Made by a program: the position numbers and the translations under genes. From the IMG/VR virus record IMGVR_UViG_3300023227_000005: a DNA stretch of 64,000 bases, one strand, 5' to 3'. The notes below the pieces were generated by a model. The model saw nothing but the letters and a program-made list of their open reading frames with translations. It searched no databases and was not told where the DNA came from. This document shows, piece by piece, positions 54,388 to 61,095 of this stretch. The first letter of the stretch is position 1, and each line of letters begins with the position of its first letter. This DNA comes from an uncultured virus (IMG/VR IMGVR_UViG_3300023227_000005). Its lineage: Duplodnaviria; Heunggongvirae; Uroviricota; Caudoviricetes.

Positions 54388-55487
54388 GCAAACAACTCAT
54401 TCATTTTCTCGTTCATAACAGGAATGAACTCAGGATGATCTTGGAAGAATCCTTGCAGCTTAGCCATACCCTGGAATTTGAAGGCCTTGTCGATATTCTC
54501 TTGCTTAGAGGTATCAGTGCCCTTCTCTTCTAGGTACTTGGCAACCAACGGATGCTCTGGATCTTCTGATAGGGCACAAACTGTATACCAACCAGAGCCA
54601 GAGATTAACCTGTATTCACAAGCAGCTTCTAGCATTTCCTTTACATCGTCAATTCCAATGCCATATCTAAGCCATCCAACAACTTTAGTACCAGGGATAG
54701 CCCCAGTATTAGACGTTAGGACTTCCCAGTTTAGACACTGACCAATGTCAGACTCACCCTCTTTGCCCTTCCAAGGTGTCTTGAAATTGATAACAAGGTT
54801 TGTACCCACTTGGTATTGGAACATGTTGCCGCAGTCCGTCATCTTAGTCTTACGAGAAGGTCCGGTGTCTGCAATTTGGTGAGCAATACAAATCAGGATA
54901 ATTCCGTTCTTTGTAATGTAGTGACTAGAACGCTTAAAGAATTGAGCAAGCAGTCTTGGCAGGCTATTTCTAGTCTGTGCATTAAGCTTGTCTTCCATTT
55001 CGTTCTTTGGGACCAAACTAGATAGCGAGTCAATCAAGATTACGCAACCCGGCACAGTCTTACCATAACGCTCAGCAATGTCCAAGAACATTTCGCCAGT
55101 AACGGCAACCTTGTCTGTAGATTCTACAATCTTCAAAGCTGCAACATCAAGACCCTTGACGCCATCGAAGTTCTGGCTGTTAAGTCTACCTTCACTGTTG
55201 AGGTAAACCACTAGCTTGCCCTTCGCTTGACACTTGGCCGCGAAGTTAAGGGCCGCTGTTGTCTTTCCAGTCTTAGGTGCCCCTGCGATACCTACTACTG
55301 TTCCTTCTCTGATGCCCCCGTTAAGTGCAGAGTCAAGGGCTGGAGAAACGCTAATGGTTTTTAGCTCTTGGATTTCTCCCAAGACTTCTGAACCACTCTT
55401 GATAATGTCGCCGTACTCTTTCAATAGGGCGTTAGAAGTATCATCGTCAAACTTCTTCTTCTTTTCTACTGATGATTTTTTCGCCAT
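54384..55487 (-). CDS. recA: RecA/UvsX-like recombinase
   Basis: SPALDSALNGG, GAPKTGKTT, ILIDSLSSLVP. Confidence 0.85.
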   Translation of the reverse strand: MAKKSSVEKKKKFDDDTSNALLKEYGDIIKSGSEVLGEIQELKTISVSPALDSALNGGIREGTVVGIAGAPKTGKTTAALNFAAKCQAKGKLVVYLNSEGRLNSQNFDGVKGLDVAALKIVESTDKVAVTGEMFLDIAERYGKTVPGCVILIDSLSSLVPKNEMEDKLNAQTRNSLPRLLAQFFKRSSHYITKNGIILICIAHQIADTGPSRKTKMTDCGNMFQYQVGTNLVINFKTPWKGKEGESDIGQCLNWEVLTSNTGAIPGTKVVGWLRYGIGIDDVKEMLEAACEYRLISGSGWYTVCALSEDPEHPLVAKYLEEKGTDTSKQENIDKAFKFQGMAKLQGFFQDHPEFIPVMNEKMNELFA

Positions 55488-55989
55488 CTTTACCTCTTAG
55501 CTTGTTAAGTATAGAGCCCTTACCCGCAGGTCTAGCTTTTCTACGAACAGGATTGTCTTTTACTTCCAGTGTTTCTTCTTTTCTATTCTTCTCTTCTCTA
55601 AGAAGCCTTTCGTGATGCTTCTTAATGATGGGCTCAATAGGAGGGTTGATCTTCCAACCTCTGCCGTTTTGAAGACCAATGACTAAGTATCTATTGAAGT
55701 CGGGTGACTTGATGGCAGCTAGTACAGCTTCTTCGCTGTATCTTTTAGCAAGGGCTCTCGCCGCATTCATCTGCTTCATCCAAATCCAGTGATTAGGGTC
55801 GCCCTTGGTCCAGAATTTGTATCCTGGTTTCTCAAGGTTCATCCTCTCTGCCCTTCTAAGAACTAGATACTCTGCTACATAAGCCTCAAAAGTACAATGC
55901 TCACCCGTATGAATGTGCTTGTACTTGTACTTATCAGACTGCTCTTTCTGATACTCTTGATTGAACAGCTTCGGCTTTTCTTTAGCCAT
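55447..55989 (-). CDS. Hypothetical protein
   Basis: 180-aa ORF in operon. Confidence 0.65.
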   Translation of the reverse strand: MAKEKPKLFNQEYQKEQSDKYKYKHIHTGEHCTFEAYVAEYLVLRRAERMNLEKPGYKFWTKGDPNHWIWMKQMNAARALAKRYSEEAVLAAIKSPDFNRYLVIGLQNGRGWKINPPIEPIIKKHHERLLREEKNRKEETLEVKDNPVRRKARPAGKGSILNKLRGKDGEKIISRKEEEV

Positions 55990-55991
55990 TG

Positions 55992-56234
55992 TTAGTCCTT
56001 GTTTTTAGGTTCCCATTCCCATCCGTAAATCCAGTACATCTTCTTCTTACTCCACCACGAGGGCTCATAATAAAAAGCAACACGTAGGTTTTTTCTGTTG
56101 TACCATCCGACCAGTTCTCTGTCTGCGTTGTTTGAACAAGCAAACCCCTTGTCGAAAAGGTGTACATCTTCAAAGGTCTTTTGATCTTCTACTGATAGGT
56201 ATTCTACCAAAATTTCTTCTACTTCCATATCCAC
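55992..56234 (-). CDS. Hypothetical protein
   Basis: 80-aa ORF. Confidence 0.55.
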   Translation of the reverse strand: MDMEVEEILVEYLSVEDQKTFEDVHLFDKGFACSNNADRELVGWYNRKNLRVAFYYEPSWWSKKKMYWIYGWEWEPKNKD

Positions 56235-56644
56235 ATAACCTCTCTAAAGCAGTTTTCAATACCGTCTTCAAATGAATCCATGACCTGAAAGGCGGGCAGT
56301 TGAATTGTTGTTTTTAATACCGAGTTGTTTAACACGGTTCCAATGGTCATCGTTTGTGTCGTTGCGACCCCAGGCGAACCCAGGGCTGACTTACTCAAAT
56401 ACAAACCATCGCCCTCTACGGGCTGTCTGTATACACTAGACCTATACCTAAGGCCCACTTCTTTTACTTTCAATTGCCTTTCTTTGCCCCGCTCAATGAT
56501 CTTGTACCAATCATCGAATTCGTTAAAGAAATAAAGAGAGTCATCAGACAGAGTAACGACGATCCAGACCTTAGTCTTATCTTTTCGATACTCTGCCTTC
56601 CACTCTTCAAGGCTGCTTACAAGTCTGTGATCTTGACTGTGCAT
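56219..56644 (-). CDS. Hypothetical protein
   Basis: 141-aa ORF. Confidence 0.6.
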   Translation of the reverse strand: MHSQDHRLVSSLEEWKAEYRKDKTKVWIVVTLSDDSLYFFNEFDDWYKIIERGKERQLKVKEVGLRYRSSVYRQPVEGDGLYLSKSALGSPGVATTQTMTIGTVLNNSVLKTTIQLPAFQVMDSFEDGIENCFREVMWIWK

Positions 56645-56922
56645 CTTTTTTGCCTTCTTGTTGATCCAGAGCTTCTCTTAAAGTCGTCACCACGCATGGT
56701 AGCGGCCTCTGTTGCTACTACGGCTCCACCCTTCTCAGGGTCTCCGTACCTAGCGAACTGTCCACCAGCCTTTGTCTTCATGATCTTAACATGTTCCACG
56801 TAGGTGTTGACGGTTTCTTCTGATCTCTCCAAGAACGCAGAAATAGCTTTTACGCTCTTGTGCATCCAGTTCTCATCGATATAGAACTTGTCTGCCTTAC
56901 TCAGTGGTCCTGGTTTAGCCAT
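56617..56922 (-). CDS. Hypothetical protein, possible HTH
   Basis: SVKAISAFLERSEETVNTYV. Confidence 0.6.
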   Translation of the reverse strand: MAKPGPLSKADKFYIDENWMHKSVKAISAFLERSEETVNTYVEHVKIMKTKAGGQFARYGDPEKGGAVVATEAATMRGDDFKRSSGSTRRQKRCTVKITDL

Positions 56923-57415
56923 TTAGGATACTCCTGTTTGCTCGCCAGTAGATAGGCTCTCTCTTGCTCTTTAGGAACTCAACATAGTCATTGAAGCAAG
57001 CTTCTGTGCATGTTTTGTAACTAAAGAAGTCCTTGAGGTTCTTATTTCTACGAGAAAAAGGACCAGCAGGGTTGTATAGGGAGCCATTATACAGGGCTAA
57101 CGAATACTTGATAGACTCTGACCCATCACTGTTAGTGGTTACGGTCTTCTTTGCGAAGTAGGGCTCGCTCTCTAGTACTTCTTTGGCATCAATTCCAAAG
57201 TAAAGAGTCCCCTGCTTTCTTTGCTCGCCCACTACAAAGTTCTTCTCTTCTTGTCGTAGGGTCACTTCGGCAGTTGAAGGTTGTTGTGGTGCTGGAGTCA
57301 ATTCTGGCTCCACAGTCTCCTTTGAATCTACAACAGGGCTTGGCCTTACAGGCTGTGCTGGTGTTGTAATTGCGTCAATAGAAGCTTCAACTGTCTTTTC
57401 TGTACTTTCTTGCAT
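56915..57415 (-). CDS. Hypothetical protein
   Basis: 166-aa ORF. Confidence 0.6.
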   Translation of the reverse strand: MQESTEKTVEASIDAITTPAQPVRPSPVVDSKETVEPELTPAPQQPSTAEVTLRQEEKNFVVGEQRKQGTLYFGIDAKEVLESEPYFAKKTVTTNSDGSESIKYSLALYNGSLYNPAGPFSRRNKNLKDFFSYKTCTEACFNDYVEFLKSKREPIYWRANRSILNG

Positions 57416-58140
57416 TAGTATTCTCCGTCGTCGTCGTAAAGGAAGGCGTCATCGTTATTATAGCCGGAATCGCCTTCGAGAGCCGATAAAACTCTGCCCA
57501 AAATGCCATTTCGTTGAATATCGCCGTAATTTAACTTGGACACGCCCACGCCCTTCACGCCCTCAAGACGCCCCATGCAAAAGGCTAGTCCACTCTGACC
57601 ATGTAAATCGGTCTGGTTCGTATCTCCATTGATAAGAACCTTTGTGTTTTCGCCCATACGGGTGATGAACATCTTGATCTGATCGGAAGTACAGTTCTGT
57701 GCTTCGTCAAGGATCATGTAGGCGTTGTTAAAGGTCGCCCCTCTCATCAATTCCAAAGGCTCATATCTAATAGAGCCCTCGTTCATGAATTTGCCGTAGT
57801 TAACTTTCTGTAGGAACCACTTTAGGTTCTCTTCCATGGGAGCAAGGTGAGGCATTACCTTTTCACTGACATTGCCAGGGAGGGCACCAAGTTCTCGACC
57901 AGTACAGACTAGGGGTCTGGTAACAATGATCTGATCTACCTCTCCAGTGTACAGCTTGTTAGCTGCCATACCAGAGGCGATATAGGATTTACCACTACCT
58001 GCGGGACCAGAACAAAAGATGATATCATTCTCGACAATTGTGCGAATGTAATCCTTTTGATTCTTAGACTTGGCAGATAAGCCACGAGGCTTTTGTGAAA
58101 CTTCCTTTTCTTGGTTTCTAGCTTTACGTCTTGTTGTCAT
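57415..58140 (-). CDS. phoH: PhoH-family ATPase
   Basis: GPAGSGKS, LGALPG, MRGATF, ILDEAQN, GDTNQTD. Confidence 0.95.
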   Translation of the reverse strand: MTTRRKARNQEKEVSQKPRGLSAKSKNQKDYIRTIVENDIIFCSGPAGSGKSYIASGMAANKLYTGEVDQIIVTRPLVCTGRELGALPGNVSEKVMPHLAPMEENLKWFLQKVNYGKFMNEGSIRYEPLELMRGATFNNAYMILDEAQNCTSDQIKMFITRMGENTKVLINGDTNQTDLHGQSGLAFCMGRLEGVKGVGVSKLNYGDIQRNGILGRVLSALEGDSGYNNDDAFLYDDDGEY

Positions 58141-58152
58141 GTTTACTCTCTG

Positions 58153-58722
58153 TTAGTGTCCACTTGAGCCGAACCCTTTTGCTCCACGATTGGAGTCAGA
58201 TAGGGCTTCCGCCTCGATCAATTTGAATCTTGGCACTCCCTGAATCAAGATCTGTGCGATCCTGTCTCCTTTCTCAACCTTGTATAGTGGCGTCCCTTCC
58301 TCTCTGTGTGCCATTTGAAGACACACTTTGATTTCTCCACGATAGCCGCTGTCAATGACGCCAGCAAGCACATCAATGCCGTGCTTAGCAGATAGGCCAG
58401 AACGCGGCCAGATGAGCCCCACATAGCCCTCTGGGATCTCCATAGAGATATCGGTGCAAACTAGATTGGGGCCATCATACAGCACCACCTCTTTGCTTGC
58501 ATAGAGGTCAAAGCCTGCATCTGATTCATTTGCCTTAGTGGGCAAAGTTGCCGTATCTGACAGTTTAATGACTGCCAGTGGTGCGGGTTCAAACACTTTG
58601 TCTACAAACCCATCTATTTTCTTATTTGCCCCTTCAAGAAAGCTATCGATCATCCCGTTGGAGTCGATCTTTCCATTTTTAATGAATCCGTCAAACATTC
58701 CTGTGTGCATATTTCCTGACAT
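58153..58722 (-). CDS. dut: Trimeric dUTPase
   Basis: AGFDL, PRSGL, GVIDSGYRGE, GDRIAQ, RGAKGFGSSG. Confidence 0.95.
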   Translation of the reverse strand: MSGNMHTGMFDGFIKNGKIDSNGMIDSFLEGANKKIDGFVDKVFEPAPLAVIKLSDTATLPTKANESDAGFDLYASKEVVLYDGPNLVCTDISMEIPEGYVGLIWPRSGLSAKHGIDVLAGVIDSGYRGEIKVCLQMAHREEGTPLYKVEKGDRIAQILIQGVPRFKLIEAEALSDSNRGAKGFGSSGH

Positions 58723-58730
58723 ATTCTCTC

Positions 58731-59321
58731 CTACTTGTCGTCGTCTGTAAAGACTTCCAATGTGGCTTCGTAAATGTTAATAAGTTGTGGGCTCATGCCA
58801 AAACGTTTGGCGTTGTGTTTGATAGACTTTCTGATGTTACCATCGTTATGTCTTTCACTAGATGCCTTCCAGTCGCATAGCATTTCACTGTGGTCTAGCA
58901 AGCTCATGTTGTTGATGGAGCTTCTAAGGGAAGCAGCATAGTCTTTGAGTGTTGCTACCAACTCTGGCTGTGCTTCTTCATTTAATGTTTTAACATGCTC
59001 ATCCACTAGGTCTGCTTCTTTGCTGTCTACCGAGGGCCAGTGTTCTGGGTGGTGTCGGTTCTTAGCATAGTGGTGATCCAGTGCAGGACCAAGCTTAGCT
59101 TTGCTCTCGTCATATTCTGGACTCCCGAATGTAAGTTGACTAAGAAGGGGAGTCATTTCTGTGAACAACTCAACCTCTGGACTCTCTAGTTTACTCTGAT
59201 CGTGCTTCTCACCTCTTCTTATTAAAGAGCACACGAACCTATTAAGGTAATTCCTTACAGTTTCGATGTGTCTAAAGGTATGAAAGCTTGCTGCTTCTTC
59301 CTCTTGTGTTAAATTAGACAT
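58731..59321 (-). CDS. DUF5662-like HD-type phosphohydrolase (putative)
   Basis: HDQSK, HHYAKNRHHPEH, EMLCDWKA; start at MSNLT after AGGAG. Confidence 0.7.
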   Translation of the reverse strand: MSNLTQEEEAASFHTFRHIETVRNYLNRFVCSLIRRGEKHDQSKLESPEVELFTEMTPLLSQLTFGSPEYDESKAKLGPALDHHYAKNRHHPEHWPSVDSKEADLVDEHVKTLNEEAQPELVATLKDYAASLRSSINNMSLLDHSEMLCDWKASSERHNDGNIRKSIKHNAKRFGMSPQLINIYEATLEVFTDDDK

Positions 59322-59477
59322 AACTTCTCCTAAGATAGTCTTCCGTCTTGACAGAACCCGGCTAGAGTCTCGCAAGTCAAACTCGACATTTGTTATATTG
59401 TAGCTAGTTGAGCGACTTTTGAACCGATAATTCTCGGTTTTTTTTCAAAATAATTTTATGGAAGCTTGTTAGTGGAC

Positions 59478-59520
59478 AAAAAAAGGGGCTCGGTGTCGCT
59501 TTAGACACCAAGACCCCTTT
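59478..59520 (-). terminator. Rho-independent terminator
   Basis: On - strand GGGGTCTTGGTGTC-loop-GACACCGAGCCCC-T7. Confidence 0.85.
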
Positions 59521-59535
59521 CTCAATTCAAATAGA

Positions 59536-60060
59536 TTAAACAGTGGTTTCTTCGTCGCCTTCTGGGGCTGTCACGTCTTCAACTACTGGTACAACATCGG
59601 TCTCTTCACCTAAGTTGTCAAGTTCACCTCCTTCGACAACCTCAACAGGCTCTTCATCTTTAACAGTTACAATCTCAAGAACTTCAATCCCAACAAACGA
59701 CGCAGGGGCCGGTGCTGTTAGATCTCCAACTTGATAAGAAGCAGATACAGGATCGCTATCGAACACACCATCATTAGCAATCACTGTTTCCGTAATGCTT
59801 GTATTCTCAGGAACCTCAACTACAACTTCTGTCTCAGCAAAAGAAACTGTCTGCTCTAAGACCGTCTCTTGAGTACTCTCGTTAATCACAATGACGCTGT
59901 ACTCAACAACATCGCTAGATGGGGACTTACCCCAATAAACTCTCAACTTTGCTTTCTTCATAGAACAACTCCATAAGTAAATGCCCACAACATGAGGGGG
60001 CTTGGGAGGGAACAACCCCTCGACTAAGTGCCGAGCTAGGTATCTTATTCGTCTAAACAT
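59536..60060 (-). CDS. Fibronectin-III-like protein with acidic tail (start may be 59961)
   Basis: VYWGKSPSSDVVEYSV..ANDGVFDSDP..APAP pattern. Confidence 0.55.
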   Translation of the reverse strand: MFRRIRYLARHLVEGLFPPKPPHVVGIYLWSCSMKKAKLRVYWGKSPSSDVVEYSVIVINESTQETVLEQTVSFAETEVVVEVPENTSITETVIANDGVFDSDPVSASYQVGDLTAPAPASFVGIEVLEIVTVKDEEPVEVVEGGELDNLGEETDVVPVVEDVTAPEGDEETTV

Positions 60061-60062
60061 GC

Positions 60063-60497
60063 TTACCTCTTAAAGAGAGACAATAACATAACGTATACAA
60101 CGCCAACAATAGAACCAGAAATCCACAAGTTGGCATTTAGGTTTGAATCTTTTTTAAGTTCAGTGTAGGACTTTAAGTGACAATATGCGGCAAGAATACC
60201 ACAAACTTGTCTAAAGAATATGTTAAACACAACGCCCATGTGGGCGATAGTTGGGTCTAGTTCTTGTCCTGATAGATAGGTGTGAGACCACGCAAATCCC
60301 CAGTACAGGTTGTTTACAACGCTTCCTAGGAAGGCGATAACAACGCCGATAATCAACCACTCCATAGGGTTACTTGGGCCTGCCTTAAATACTCTTAGTG
60401 CCTCTTTGCCCCAAATACACAACACCGCAACGGCAAACACCACAGTTGGAACGGTTAGGGCAAGAGAGATTAGTGCTGATATGTCATTAAACATCAA
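60063..60497 (-). CDS. Membrane protein, ~4 TM helices
   Basis: Four hydrophobic segments. Confidence 0.7.
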   Translation of the reverse strand: MMFNDISALISLALTVPTVVFAVAVLCIWGKEALRVFKAGPSNPMEWLIIGVVIAFLGSVVNNLYWGFAWSHTYLSGQELDPTIAHMGVVFNIFFRQVCGILAAYCHLKSYTELKKDSNLNANLWISGSIVGVVYVMLLSLFKR

Positions 60498-60747
60498 GTT
60501 TTTCTCCAGATAGTATCTCTAGTGTTCGTTTGTGTAGGTCTCGAATGCTACCTAAATTTTCCGCAGAGACTTCCATAAATCTATCTGTCACCTCCCTAGT
60601 CGTTTGACACTGCTCTTTGCAACTTTCTTCGTATGAAGACATTAAGGTTTGTACCGCCTTGGTCTTTTTTTGCTCGCCTTTATGAAGGACGTATACGGAA
60701 AAGAGCACTATTCCAACCATAATCACCACAGAAATCAATAATTCCAT
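60487..60747 (-). CDS. Single-TM coiled-coil protein (holin-like)
   Basis: N-terminal hydrophobic helix, charged tail. Confidence 0.55.
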   Translation of the reverse strand: MELLISVVIMVGIVLFSVYVLHKGEQKKTKAVQTLMSSYEESCKEQCQTTREVTDRFMEVSAENLGSIRDLHKRTLEILSGEKLDV

Positions 60748-61067
60748 TAGTTCTCTCCCTTATCCAATTCAAGCCTATTACAAATCCTATTCATGAGACT
60801 CTTCAAGTCCTCTTTCCAAGACGCGTCGGCTATCATTTGTGTGGTCTTTGTCGTCTTTTCTTGGTCTTGTCTCTCTAGAATCTTTGTAATACACTCAATA
60901 GATTGTCTGGAAATGTCCCTGTTTTCTTCTTCTAGTCTTTTATTAGAAGCGGAAAGAGATTTCACCCATAGCATCAACACAATCAGAGCACCACCGGAGC
61001 CAGTAATTAAACTGACCCAGTAAGGATCTGCCGATGATGTTTCGGCTTCTGCGATTATGTAAAACAT
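60747..61067 (-). CDS. Single-TM coiled-coil protein (holin-like)
   Basis: WVSLITGSGGALIVLMLWV followed by coiled coil. Confidence 0.55.
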   Translation of the reverse strand: MFYIIAEAETSSADPYWVSLITGSGGALIVLMLWVKSLSASNKRLEEENRDISRQSIECITKILERQDQEKTTKTTQMIADASWKEDLKSLMNRICNRLELDKGEN

Positions 61068-61083
61068 GATTGTACCTCATCTT

Positions 61084-61092
61084 ATTATACAC
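61084..61092 (-). promoter_or_regulatory. GTGTATAAT putative late promoter
   Basis: Exact motif, intergenic, upstream of GAGG RBS of membrane cluster. Confidence 0.65.
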
Positions 61093-61095
61093 CAA

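Noticed and set aside
59341..59460. Possible promoter, origin or ncRNA in the gap upstream of 59321
   Set aside because: A TACAAT box is present but no properly spaced -35, iterons or convincing RNA structure could be supported
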